DNA from: Azolla caroliniana | Lineage: Eukaryota > Plantae > Polypodiophyta | Direction of reading: 5' to 3' | DNA length: 64,000 nt | Assembly: GCA_043228905.1 (NCBI GenBank) | Contig: JBHGNT010000009.1 | Location: 21,948,001 to 22,012,000 of the forward strand | Part shown: positions 1-11,360 of the stretch, in pieces | Position numbering within the stretch: the first letter of the stretch is position 1 | How the letters are laid out: each line of letters opens with the position of its first letter | Notes under the pieces: generated by a model | Seen by the model: the letters and a program-made list of their open reading frames with translations, nothing else | Database searches by the model: none | Told to the model about the DNA's origin: nothing | Translations under genes and position numbers: made by a program

Positions 1-7
1 GATACGG

Positions 8-937
8 ATGCTGAAGAAGGCTCTTCACCGAACCTTCTCAATGAAGGACCTGGGTCCGGCGAGGCAAATACTAGGGATGCACATCATCCGGGACCGGAAG
101 AAGAAGCAGTTGTGGCTGTCACAGGAGAAGTACGTGACAAAGGTGCTTCACCGGTTCAACATGTCGGAAGCAAGACCGGTCGGGTCAACACTCCCGGCAA
201 ACTGCAAGTTGTCCAGCAAGCAAAGCCCCAAGACAAAGGCTGAGAAGGAGGACATGATGAAAGTACCATATGCCTCTGCCGTCAGGAGCTTGATGTACGC
301 AATGGTGTGTACCCGACCGGACATAGGATATGCAGTCGGAGTGGTGAGCCGGTACATGAGCAATCCCGGCAAAGAGCATTGGAACGCGGCCAAGTGGATA
401 CTCCGATACCTGAAGGGCACGGCAAACGTGTGCCTCCGATTCGGCTCCGGTAAGCCCGAACTCGACGGCTTCACCGATTCGGATATGTCGGCTGATGCAG
501 ATACCAGCCGGTCCACATCAGGGTATGTGATGACGTATGCAGGGGGAGCTGTTTCATGGCAGTCGAGGCTGCAGAAGACGGTTGCGTTGTCAACCACGGA
601 GGCGGAGTACATGGCGGCTGTTGAAGCCGGCAAGGAAATAATATGGATGAAGGACTTCATTAGAGAGCTCGGTATCCGGTAGGAGGAGTACCGACTCTAC
701 TGCGACAGTCAGAGTGCAATCCACCTTGCGAAGAACGCGGCCTATCACTCCCGGACGAAGCACATCCAACGAAGATATCATTGGATCCGGGAAAGGATAG
801 AAGACAAGGAGTTCGTGCTGACGAAGATCCACACGGACGAGAACGGGTCGGATATGCTGACCAAGGTGCTCACACCCGACAAGCTGGAAGCATGCCGGAA
901 GAGGATCGGATTGGAGAGACATCCCATGCCGAAGTGA
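8..937 (+). pseudogene. Ty1/Copia element A, 3' end of pol (RT C-terminus and RNase H), premature stop at 680-682
   Basis: Motifs MKDLG, YAMVCTRPDI, ALSTTEAEY. After TAG(680-682) the same frame continues YCDSQSAIHLAKN..HSRTKHI..ENGSDMLTK to TGA 935-937, followed by PPT aagggggag. Confidence 0.93.
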
Positions 938-1333
938 AGGGGGAGTTTGTTGGGATTACGGTCCCTTCGGATGGGATGGTCGGATGTCGGAGATGAATGC
1001 CGACAAGCCCGGTTGCGGTTTCGGAACCGGATGATGAAGACCCCGGCTTCGGAGCCGGATGACGAATGTACCCGGAGAGAGATCCGGATGCGGGGACATA
1101 TCTGCGAATATGTTTGCCAAGGGCCCTTGAGGCTATAGTTGTAAATAGCCCCAAAGTCATATGTGTATAAATATGACTTAGGGCAAACAGTTTTAATGTT
1201 GCTACTCATTTTTCTGTTTTTCCACTCAAGAGGAGTGAAGAGAGAGAGCAGCCGTGAGAGATAGATAGATAGATAGATTATATTATCGTCTTCGGAGATC
1301 AAATATGACCTATGAGACCAAAAATATTACATT

Positions 1334-4300
1334 TCACGTGATACGTGTGAAAGTGAGTAGTGACTCTCGATGTTCAAGAACTTTACCAATGAATGTTGCA
1401 ATCGAGAGTGCACATTGTGGTTGTGAGAGGAATTCATGCAAAGATTGGGCTCGATCGAAGAGATGTGGAAAGCATGGTCGAATATGATCAAAGGCAGAGC
1501 ATTGTATCAAAGTGTGATACTCAGACTCGCGAACTTGTTTAGGGCAAAGTGTGCATAACCGACCACTCTCATCACTTGTACCCCAACGCCCTGTTTCACA
1601 TCGCAATGCATGTGAGCTAAGTCGCATGGAAGCAATGGTTCGAATGGCAGATAACGGTATGGGCTCTAACATGTATGGATGTGTACGATTTCCCCGTTCC
1701 GCAAAGAATATGGTTTTGTAGTTAGGTGCAACATGTGTAGTATAATGTGTGAAGCGTGAGCCTCCACATTTGTCCCATGTCATGATACATTGGCGTTGCA
1801 AAAATGCCTCATTTATAGAGGAATCTAATGATGCATCATGAAGCAAGTGTCTCGCATCCCATCTACCAAACCATTTTTCTATATCTTGCATCCAACCGGA
1901 ACACAAAATTTTGCTTTTATGCGTCTTTTGGATCTTTTTGCTTGCTTCCCACGCAATTCTAGGAAGTCGATGTGAGGGACTTTTTTGAACCTTAAGCATG
2001 TATTCAACAACCCTTTCCATGGCCATGATCTCAATGGGAAGCGATCCCGTCTTAAGGAGGAGGAGGGTGTAGGGCGTTTGTTTCTTAACTTGTAGAAACT
2101 TGGTAAGAAAATGCTTTTGGACATTTTCAAACTCTTTCCACATAGACTTAGGGATGCTACCGCCCCATACTTCCACCCCATAGAGAAGAACTGGTGTTAC
2201 CAAAGTGTCAAAAAGATATTTCTTGAGGACCCAACACTTAATATCTCCAAGATTGCATGTGTTCTCAAATGCATAGTATGCTCGTTTGCCCGCCTCTAAG
2301 CGGCGTGTAGCACATTCATTCCATCTATGATTTGAAGGAACTTCAAGGCCAAGATATTTGAAGCTTTCCACACATTCAAGTGGCTCATTGTTGTACATAA
2401 TGCATGGTTTATCTCTTTTTTGGCTCTTCACAAGCATAATCTTTGTTTTAGAGCTATTGACACTTAATTTAGTATGCATGCAAAATTTTTCCAATGCCTT
2501 CATAAGCTTTTGTGCATCTCCTAAAGTATTTGCAAAAAGCACTACGTCATCTGCATATAGCAAAAGCATAATCACAACATTCCCAATGGCAACTTCTTCA
2601 ACAGATTCTTCCTTTGCAAACTTGGTAACCATTTCTTCCAATTCATCAATGCATAGACCAAATAGTGTTGGTGAGAGTGGGCATCCTTGCTTAACACCAA
2701 TAGTGCTTTTGAAAAAATCTGAAAGTTTATCTGTCATGCGCACACAACATATAACCTTCTCATAAATTCGGGAAATTGCAAGCATATATTCACTTGGCAC
2801 CTCAAGTTCTTCCATTCGCCTCCAAAGATGCTCACGAGGTACCATATCAAAAGCTTTCTTGAAGTCTACAAAGCAACAATATAAACCTTTACCTCTAAGG
2901 CGACTTTCCTCCATTAATACTCGAAGGGTGATAAGGTGATCAATGGTGCTATGGTGTTTCCGAAAGCCAGCTTGTCCATAAGCTCTCTTACCACTTTTTT
3001 CAGCCCATACACTTATCTTTGATTCCATTATACATCCAAATAGTTTTGCCATTAATGAGCCAACCATGATGGTTCGATAATTGTTTACATTATTTATATC
3101 TCCACCTTTATGTAAAGGTTTGATCCAATTTGTAGTCCAATCGTACGGCATACCATGTTGCAATGCATCATTAAACATATCGCTTATCCATATATGTGCT
3201 TCCTTTCCCGTCCATTTGAGCATTTCAGCCTTTATACATTGAAGATCGCTTGCCTTTCGAGAGGCCAATTTCTTAAGTCCTATGCATATATCTTCAATTG
3301 TAAAGAAGGAAGGCATATGTGAAAGAGAACCATAACACATCATCTTTCCGGCAAGAGATAACTCATATAAATTCTTACAATGCATAGACAAGTCGTGAAG
3401 AGTTAAGTCACCATAACTCTCAACACGTTTTCCCTTTAGATTTCCCCAAAATTTAGCACATGCATGTGCTTTCTCTTGCGTTTGGATAAATTGTTGAGTA
3501 ACTTCCCATATTCTTCTCTTTCTTTGAATAAGCCTTTTATACTCATGCAAATGCTTTTGGTAATTCTCTTTATCCTTAACTACATCCAAAACCATAAGGC
3601 ACTTTCGAGCTTCACGACATTCTTTATCAAACCATTTTTTCCTAAGTTTCTTGGTACATTTCCAAGATGTGCGGTTGGTCGAAAAACATTTGTTTGTACA
3701 TGAGAGAATGACTTTCTTGAAAGCTTCCCATTTGCATTCTAGTGTGGCACCATGTTGTATCTTTGTCATTTGTAACATATCCTCAACCATCTTGGAATAC
3801 ATGGGTGCTCGCTTAAGGTTCATGCTCAAGTGCGGTTGTTTATTATCTTCAATAGCCTTCTCACAATCAAACCTATGCATACATTTGAGATCAATACATA
3901 AAGGCCTATGATCTGATTCCGGTGTCCATTCACCAAGTGAGAATTTATGTATACGATCCAAAATACCTTCGGAAAGTAGCACATAATCAATCACACTATT
4001 TCCGTTGTATTTTCTACATGTAAAACCATTAGTGTTGGGCCATAAGGAAATACCATTTGCAATAAGCAATCCGGTACTATTGCACATTTGTAGGAGTAGT
4101 TTCCCAAATTGGTCCGGATCTTTTTCATCGCTAGAAGAGCGGTTATACATTTGCATATCCTCTTGCATCCTTGAGATATGTGGCATGAAAGATTCTTGTG
4201 AATCAAGTTGGAAACTTCTTGTACGAGCATTCATGTCACCAAAGACAATAACTTCCCCTTTGGATTTGAAATAAGCAATATCATCTTCTAGATTGGCAAA

Positions 4301-4708
4301 CGGTTGATCTTTATCCAAACAAGCATAAAAGTTAGAATCTTGATGAGGAATGTAACATCCAACAACAAAAGTGGGCAAATCATTAGGTGTTTCTATTTTG
4401 AGCCATATGTAGCATTTATTTTCATCATTTTTTATGATTGACACATATTTCTCTATTTCCTTCTTAATCAAACATGCCACCCCTCCTTGTCCTCTTCTTT
4501 GTCTTGGATTTTTCTTCCATATCAAAGAGTGTACATTATAGTTTCCTAAACCTTGAATCCTTTGAGTATCATGCTCCCATGTTTCAACAAGAAGTGTGAT
4601 ATCCGAGTCATTGGTGAACTCCTCTATGCCAAATCCCGCATTCCATGGGTATCCATTGCAATTCCAAAAGCATAGTCGTAAAAGGCGTGGGTTAGTCTCA
4701 TAGATCAC
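1334..4708 (-). CDS. LINE ORF2: AP-endonuclease, reverse transcriptase and C-terminal Cys/His knuckle (1124 codons, open)
   Basis: WNCNG, LVETW, GDMNAR, SVIDY, SDH (APE). QAGFR, FVDFKKAFD, GVKQGCPLSP, LLYADD (RT). RLSSH..ETGRW..CTLC..ESEYH..C at the C-terminus. Begins at GTG; the first ATG lies inside the endonuclease domain. Confidence 0.95.
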   Translation of the reverse strand: MIYETNPRLLRLCFWNCNGYPWNAGFGIEEFTNDSDITLLVETWEHDTQRIQGLGNYNVHSLIWKKNPRQRRGQGGVACLIKKEIEKYVSIIKNDENKCYIWLKIETPNDLPTFVVGCYIPHQDSNFYACLDKDQPFANLEDDIAYFKSKGEVIVFGDMNARTRSFQLDSQESFMPHISRMQEDMQMYNRSSSDEKDPDQFGKLLLQMCNSTGLLIANGISLWPNTNGFTCRKYNGNSVIDYVLLSEGILDRIHKFSLGEWTPESDHRPLCIDLKCMHRFDCEKAIEDNKQPHLSMNLKRAPMYSKMVEDMLQMTKIQHGATLECKWEAFKKVILSCTNKCFSTNRTSWKCTKKLRKKWFDKECREARKCLMVLDVVKDKENYQKHLHEYKRLIQRKRRIWEVTQQFIQTQEKAHACAKFWGNLKGKRVESYGDLTLHDLSMHCKNLYELSLAGKMMCYGSLSHMPSFFTIEDICIGLKKLASRKASDLQCIKAEMLKWTGKEAHIWISDMFNDALQHGMPYDWTTNWIKPLHKGGDINNVNNYRTIMVGSLMAKLFGCIMESKISVWAEKSGKRAYGQAGFRKHHSTIDHLITLRVLMEESRLRGKGLYCCFVDFKKAFDMVPREHLWRRMEELEVPSEYMLAISRIYEKVICCVRMTDKLSDFFKSTIGVKQGCPLSPTLFGLCIDELEEMVTKFAKEESVEEVAIGNVVIMLLLYADDVVLFANTLGDAQKLMKALEKFCMHTKLSVNSSKTKIMLVKSQKRDKPCIMYNNEPLECVESFKYLGLEVPSNHRWNECATRRLEAGKRAYYAFENTCNLGDIKCWVLKKYLFDTLVTPVLLYGVEVWGGSIPKSMWKEFENVQKHFLTKFLQVKKQTPYTLLLLKTGSLPIEIMAMERVVEYMLKVQKSPSHRLPRIAWEASKKIQKTHKSKILCSGWMQDIEKWFGRWDARHLLHDASLDSSINEAFLQRQCIMTWDKCGGSRFTHYTTHVAPNYKTIFFAERGNRTHPYMLEPIPLSAIRTIASMRLSSHALRCETGRWGTSDESGRLCTLCPKQVRESEYHTLIQCSAFDHIRPCFPHLFDRAQSLHEFLSQPQCALSIATFIGKVLEHRESLLTFTRIT

Positions 4709-4714
4709 GTGTCC

Positions 4715-5583
4715 CTATTTGCCTACATTTCCATCTTTAGGCACATCCTTAACCTTGTTTTTCAATCTTTCTTCATATGCTTTACGACGAGCATTTTGTT
4801 GTGAGATAGTACGATCTTCACTCACAAAGCATTGTGTACCTTTGAGGTATACCCAACTATTTTCGAGTATGATCCGCCGCTTTGTATCATCTGTCATTGT
4901 GCATACAATAGGCCTTTCTCCGGAGCGAGTAACACCATGTTTCCCAACTCGGTGTGCCCCATATACATTCACATCTGACATCCCATAATGCATGCTAAAA
5001 AATTCACCAATGGCCTTTCCAAGGGATGCGGGTGTTTCCATACTCTCTTCTTTAATCCCACGGACGACAATGTTCTTTGATCGTCGTTCGCGTTCTTTCA
5101 ATTCTCGGACATCTATGCTTTCTATATTCTTCTCTTGATGCATCACATGCATATTAGATGAGTTTGATAACACATCCCCACCACATACATCGGCCCATAA
5201 CTTCGTTGTACATACATTTTTCATCTCACTTACATCCCGCCTCATCGTATCCAATTTTTCTTCTTTTAATGCTTCCTTTAACTCAATCTTGTTAAGGCGC
5301 TCATTTGTTTCAAATGAAGCTCTTTTACATTCTTGAATCTCTTCTTGAAGTTTTGCAACCACTGTTTAAGACTTTCATTCTCAATGACAACACTTTGGAG
5401 CTTAGTATTCTCTTTCATTAACATCCTAATCTCTTCACCTTGCTTGTTTATGGTTTCTTGAAGAGAAATCAAGTGACTCATAAGCATTTTGTCCATTGCA
5501 TTAGAATCGAGATTTGTTGGTGATCTCGGCTCATTATCAATCATACCCCCAAACTTTGCGGCGGTTTTACGAGTATTTGCCAT
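4715..5583 (-). pseudogene. LINE ORF1 (coiled coil plus RRM/CTD-like), one frameshift near 5365
   Basis: ORFs 5583-5278 and 5362-4715 join as ESLK/TVVAKLQEE if one A is restored. The ERERRSKNIVVRGIKE..HRVGK..RPI..FVSED pattern is typical of LINE ORF1. Confidence 0.8.
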
Positions 5584-5849
5584 TGTAGGGACAAACCGTA
5601 CGGGAAAAGAGAGACAAAGAGGGAAGGAGAGAGAATGTACCTTTCACTCGATTTAGGGCTTCAAAATCTACCTTCCGTTTGAGGAACCGTGGGGCAAAGA
5701 TGGCTGCGGATGAAAATGCTCATAACTTCTCGCCACGATAACGGAATTCAGTAAATGAACATTCTTTAGAAAGCTCTCTCAAAGAGCTTTCCAACGAGCT
5801 ATAGAACGTAGAAAACGATGGCCGGAGTGAACTTACAGAGAGCTTTGAA

Positions 5850-5881
<32 letters not shown>

Positions 5882-6162
5882 CGTGAGAGAGGAAGAGGTC
5901 GACGCCTCTGTGTAATACCGCCGCCTGTGGCGAGGACAGCGAGCTCAAGGTCGTCGCCTTGCAGCTCGCCATTGTATATTTCCCAGCGTATAGTGATAGT
6001 TGGAGGCTTGCACTCCCGTGGTTTTTCCCGTCTAGGGTTTTCCACGTTAATCCCTGTGTATTCGTGTTTTTCTCTGTGGTTCCTATTTTCTGCTGCATTG
6101 ATTCGCGTTTACTCGGTTGTGGCCGAGTGGTGAAGGTTAATCGGAGCGTCGATTGCTCAACA

Positions 6163-6275
6163 GATCCGCACGGCCGAGAACGGGTCAGATATGCTGACCA
6201 AAGTACTGATACCCGACAAGTTGGATGCATGTCGGAAGCAAATCGGACTAGTAAGAAATCCCATGCCGGAGTGAA
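6163..6275 (+). mobile_element. RNase H tail of a related Copia (element B), host of Copia A, cut at its PPT by the next LTR
   Basis: Close paralogue of 826-937 (gatccgcacggccgagaacgggtcagatatgctgacc...ccatgccggagtgaa). Confidence 0.8.
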
Positions 6276-6534
6276 TGTTGCCGATTAGGAACACAGTCCG
6301 CGGTCAGTCCTTCGACCTAGACCTCCAAGTGGTTGTGGAACAACGAATAGGCGTCTATGCGTAATGCGTAGGGGAATGTTCCCTGTAACCTATCAGTGTA
6401 TAAGGGAGACAGCTACGACCGACTCCTTAGCAAGGGTTACACTTACGTTCTTACATGCTCAGGTATTCCAGACACACAGTGGATTAGCCGTAGCTATACA
6501 CAGACTTTCAGAGAAGATGGAATTCTATTATGAT

Positions 6535-6559
6535 GGGTAAAAGCATGCGAGTGGAAACA
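6535..6559 (+). repeat. Left TIR GGGTAAAAGCATGCGAGTGGAAACA
   Basis: Reverse complement of 18385-18409 with one mismatch. Followed by TAGCTAATTAGCTA at 6566-6579 and 6592-6605. Confidence 0.95.
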
Positions 6560-6785
6560 CTATTATAGCTAATTAGCTACTAAAATGGCCATAGCTAATT
6601 AGCTATTTGTTTAGCTAGTCTTTTTTGTGGGAAAATCAAATATTTGAAAAACTAATTTATGAAAAAACTCAAATATTTGAACTTCTGTTTCAGACGTAGT
6701 GGAACTTGGGGAATATCACCATCATCTAAGGTCGACTTCAATGTCATCAATTTCCTGTTTAGCCTAAGTCTGATTTTGAACGCAG

Positions 6786-9700
6786 ATGGAGTACTCAGAG
6801 CACGAACGCAGACGTAGCTCCCGCAACAGCAAAAAATCGACATTGCAGATTGAGAGCTACAACACAGAACCCGCTCGATCATCGTCCAGGTATGTTTCAG
6901 TTACAGAAACCCCAAACATTTGTTTTTTCTTTTTGACTACTGTCTGAACTTTGGTGCCGATTCATATTTCCCCAAAATCGAATAGGGCGAAGTCCTTGGA
7001 GTCCCATACAAGGATGTCTCGCAAATCGGGGAGTAGCAACAGGTGTGTTTATATTACTTTTTTTGTGTTTAATCCTGTCTTTAGTGATTAGGGTTTGTGA
7101 TTGAAATTTCTGATTAGGGTTTTTGATTATAAATTTCTGATTAGAATTTCTGAATAGGGTTTCTGGTTACAAATTTTGATTACAAATTAGAATTTCTGAA
7201 TAGGGTTTTTGTTTATAAATTTCTGCTTAGGATTTCTGATTAGGGTTTGTGATTGAAATTTTTTATTAGGGTTTCTGATTGAAATTTCTGATTAGGGTTT
7301 TTGATTATAAATTTCTGATTAGAATTTCTGAATAAGGTTTCTGGTTACAAACTTCTGATTACAGATTTTGATTAGGGTTTCTGATTTCAAACTTCTGATT
7401 ACAGATTTTGATTAGGGTTTCTGATTTCAAATTTCTGAATACAAATTATGATTAGGGTTTCTGATTTGCTAAGTTAAAGATTTTGCACCATTTTTGTTGT
7501 TGTTGATTGGGTTTTTGATTCTCACATATTCTGATTTTGCACTATTTCTGATTTCTGAAATGATATTTCAGATGGCTCGTTCCTCCGTATACGAGAGTGC
7601 TAAACTTCGCAAAATTTTGCGAGACAAAGGAGGACTTCCACAACACCTATGGTCTGTCACTCGAGGGTGTTGACCCTGCTGTCCTAAGTGATAAATTGAT
7701 CAGTGATATAGACTGGATGACAGTATATACAGTGCCTAGAGTCAAAGGCAAGGTCAAGCTGAAGCATGTACGAGCCGACTTGTACGATGACTGCATGAGA
7801 CTACACCAGAAAGTTCATCAGGAGATCCCAGTCAACAATGAGTTGTCAGTTTCATTTGCTAGAGCATTTGCATATGAGTACTGCAAAACAGCGAAGGAAT
7901 CTAGAGACCCTGAAATGTATAGGGTAGCTTGGGCAGTCTATGGTGAGGCATCGGTAAAAAGATGCTGAAAGATGGGGACCTTGGCACAAAAAATAGACAG
8001 ATTTTGGAGCATGGCAGCTGTTGATGCAACTGCCGACTCCCAGCAAGACCGGGGGCATACACCACACCGACACCCAAGGAAAGCCAATGTCGATGATACA
8101 GGTGAGACATTGGTTAGCTATATGCTAAAAAATGTCCATGAAGCCTGTGAGACATTGGCATTTTTTAAGACTGATTTAGAGAAAGCCACAATGGCTTCTG
8201 CAATGGAGAGCAAAGTTACTTCTGCTGTTACAACAATTAGAAATAAGATTCAGGTAACTATTGTTTTGCTGGTATGTGATTGTGTTATAAATAACGGGTA
8301 AAATGTGCTAATCAAGCATTATCTGGAATAGGTTGCGCAACAGGAGCTTGAATTAGAGGGGCCACTGGATCCCCAGCGTAAAATAGAACTGCAAATAGAG
8401 ATCCAGGTTCTTTCAATGAACCTGGACCTTCTAGGTGTAAATACTGTTGCAGATTACAATTTGGATAAGCTTCAAGTAAGTTAACGATTCCTGAGCAAAG
8501 TTGGTGTATCTTTCAACAACAAGAATAATTAATCGGTAAATTTCTCTGTTGCGTTGAAGGAACAATACATTCATCAAGAACAGGTAGTTAGCTACCTTAA
8601 GAAGAAGCTACATTTTGTGGAGGGAATGGTAAGGACCAGACAGGATTTGGACCTGAATATTCTTGCTCCCTTACCAAATGAAGTAGAACCAGAAAATGAT
8701 TTATTGACAGTTCAAGCACGTTGCATCGCTTGCGGGTTAGGTGTGGAGGACAAAACTGCGTCTTTGTTGGTTCACCTACAACCATGCAACCACACATACC
8801 ATCTGCTTTGTTTTCAACATGCCTGTCGAATTGTTGCATTCTGTTTGGGAGATTGCAGTACAACTCTACCAAATGAGTGGAGAAAACAAACAGGTATACC
8901 AAACTGTAGCTAATAAGCTTAGTCTTTTCTAATTAGCTATCCTACTAGCTAATTAGCTACTGGCAGCTAATGAGCTACTAGCTAATTAGCTATCCTAGTA
9001 GCTAATTAGCTATGGTACTAGCTAATTAGCTAGTACCATAGTTGTGTAAAGCTAATAAGCTAATTAGCTACTGCCATAGTTGTGTAAAGTAGCTAATAAG
9101 CTATCCTAGTAGCTAGTTAGCTATGGTACTAGCTAATTAGCTAGTACCATAGTTGTGTAAAAAAGCTAATTAGCTATCCTACTAGCTAATTAGCTACTGG
9201 CAACTAATTAGCTATCCTACTAGCTAATTAGCTACTGACATAGTTGTGTAAAGTAGCTAATAAGCTATCCTAGTAGCTAGTTAGCTATGGTACTAGCTAA
9301 TTAGCTAGTACCATAGTTGTGTAAAAAAGCTAATTAGCTATCCTACTAGCTAATTAGCTACTGGCAACTAATTAGCTATCCTACTAGCTAATTAGCTATC
9401 CTACTAGCTAATTAGCTATCATAGTAGCTAATTAGCTACTGACATAGTTGTGTAAAGTAGCTAATAAGCTATCCTAGTAGCTAATTAGCTACTGGCAGCT
9501 AATTAGCTATCCTAGTAGCTAATTAGCTACTGGCAGCTAATTAGCTGTCCTAGTAGCTAATAAGCTATCCTAGCTACTACATAGTTGAGAAAGTAGCTAA
9601 TTAGCTTTCATTGTAGCTAATTAGCTATCCTAGCTACCACCATAGTTAGTAAAGTAGCTAATTAGCTATCCTAGCTACTACCATAGTTAGTAAAGTAGCT

Positions 9701-11111
9701 AATTAGCTATCCTAGCTACTACCATAGTTGAGTAAAGTAGCTAATTAGCTACCATAGTAGCTAATTAGCTATCCTAGCTACTACTATAGTTGTGTAAAGT
9801 AGCTAATAAGCTATCCTACTAGCTAATTAGCTATCCTAGTAGGTAATTAGCTATGGTACTAGCTAATTAGCTAGTACTATAGTTGTGTAAAAAAGCTAAT
9901 TAGGTATCCTACTAGCTAATTAGCCACTGGCAACTAATTAGCTATCCTAGTAACTAATTAGCTACTGCCATAGTTGTGTAAAGTAGCTAATAAGCTATCC
10001 TAGTAGCTAATTAGCTACTAGCAGCTAATTAGCTATCCTAGTAGCTAATTAGCTATCCTACTAGCTAATTAGCTACTACCATAGTTGAGTAAAGTACCTA
10101 ATTAGCTATCCTACTAGCTAATTAGCTACTGGCAACTAATTAGCTATCCTAGTAGCTAATTAGCTATCCTACTAGCTAATTAGCTGCTGGCAACTAATTA
10201 GCTATCCTACTAGCGAATTAGCTATCCTAGCGAATTAGCTATCCTAGTAGCTACTGCCATAGTTGTGTAAAGTAGCTAATAAGCTATCCTAGTAGCTAAT
10301 TAGCTACTGGCAGCTAATTAGCTATCCTAGTAGCTAATTAGCTACTGGCAGCTAATTAGCTGTCCTAGTAGCTAATAAGCTATCCTAACTACTACCATAG
10401 TTGAGTAAAGTACCTAATTAGCTATCCTAACTACTACCATAGTTGAGTAAAGTACCTAATTAGCTATCATACTAGCTAATTAGCTATCGTACTAGCTAAT
10501 TAGCTATCCTAGCTTCTACCATAGTTTAGTAAAGTAGCTAATTAGCTATCCTAAATAACTGTCATGTTATTGTAGAATCTTGTGGATTAAGGACGGCACA
10601 TGATGTGTCTGGTGCTGATGATGCTGCAACAGATGAGGATACTACTGCCAATGTGGCTGAAAGTAAGAGTCCTGCTATCACATCTCCTTCAGATCAGCTA
10701 CACCCTATTCTTTTGGAACAGTGTACTGAATTAGGCAACGATGTGAAATGCCATGAAATAGTGGAAACAACATGTAAAACTGAGGTTCACAACAACAGTG
10801 TTTATGAACACTTGATGCAACATTTCTTCGAGTCTCAAGACCTTGATTCCACCCCACCGAGCCCAACTACTGAAAATGTCCAAACAGATCCCTCTGTACT
10901 TGAAAAGCTAGTTCAAGAAACGGCTGATGTGCAATTAGCTGCTGAGGCGATGGGAAGGTTGTCGGAGGAGGACACACTTGCGCATTGGGTCCTAGAAGCA
11001 AGGCTAAATGGGGAACCAACCAGAAAAAGGCTGAAGAAGGGGCCACGATCGGGAACAAGACCAGTTACTCGGTCAAGGGGCCCAGACGTAGTGGAGCGAA
11101 ATACTGTTTAG
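6786..11111 (+). CDS. Transposon cargo gene: coiled-coil and RING-H2 finger protein (~618 aa). Predicted exons 6786-6889, 6986-7042, 7572-8253, 8332-8475, 8560-8893, 10576-11111. In-frame TGA at 7966-7968.
   Basis: All five predicted introns are GT-AG and phase-compatible (2,2,0,0,1). RING-H2 spacing C-x2-C-x17-C-x-H-x2-H-x2-C-x10-C-x3-C at 8722-8856. The single stop is consistent with CGA>TGA. Confidence 0.72.
7085..7465 (+). repeat. Imperfect tandem repeat (AAATTTCTGATTAGGGTTT-based, telo-box-like) in intron 2 of the cargo gene
   Basis: About 10 copies of (T)TAGGGTTT interleaved with AAATTTCTGATT. Confidence 0.85.
8908..10553. repeat. Mosaic satellite of palindromic core TAGCTAATTAGCTA inside predicted intron 8894-10575
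   Basis: Dozens of cores joined by a few recurring linkers (tcctag/tcctac, ctggc, ccatagttgtgtaaag). Perfect 32-bp palindromes at 9010-9041, 9121-9152 and 9285-9316. Confidence 0.97.
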
Positions 11112-11360
11112 TTGGATATGATTGTTAGCTTAGGGATTTTGCTAGGGTTTTATGAAGTTTTACTATCCTGTTGGACAAGTAAAACCTCAGATTGGTTGTT
11201 GCTTGATCCACATTATGTAATGGAACTCTATGATGTTTTTCCAAGATAATTTGAAGAGTGTTGTTCTATGACTGAAACTCTTTTATGTTCAGGATATTGT
11301 TTTGTGAGACTAGTAGTTACTTTGTGAGTGTGAATATGTTGGTGTTTTCTGATGTTGCAG

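Larger units (their letters stand above)
1262..5881 (-). mobile_element. Full-length non-LTR retrotransposon (LINE), RTEX-like
   Basis: Two ORFs, a 3' (CTAT)n microsatellite tail at ~1261-1278 and a 5' (CT)n tract. Flanked by direct repeat cgtgagaga (1253-1261 and 5882-5890) as TSD. Clade inferred from RT and C-terminal motifs. Confidence 0.88.
948..6162 (+). mobile_element. 3' LTR of Copia A, split by the LINE (pieces 948-1261 and 5891-6162)
   Basis: Starts TGTTG two bases after the PPT and ends CAACA at 6162. Contains tataaat near 1166. Both pieces align with the related LTR remnant at 20210-20727. Confidence 0.85.

Noticed and set aside
5355-5375. Programmed -1 frameshift in LINE ORF1 (CTTAAAC)
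   Set aside because: The heptamer is imperfect and out of register with the upstream frame; a single-A deletion explains the shift.
7085-7465. Interstitial telomere
   Set aside because: TTAGGG units are isolated within longer repeats rather than contiguous (TTTAGGG)n.
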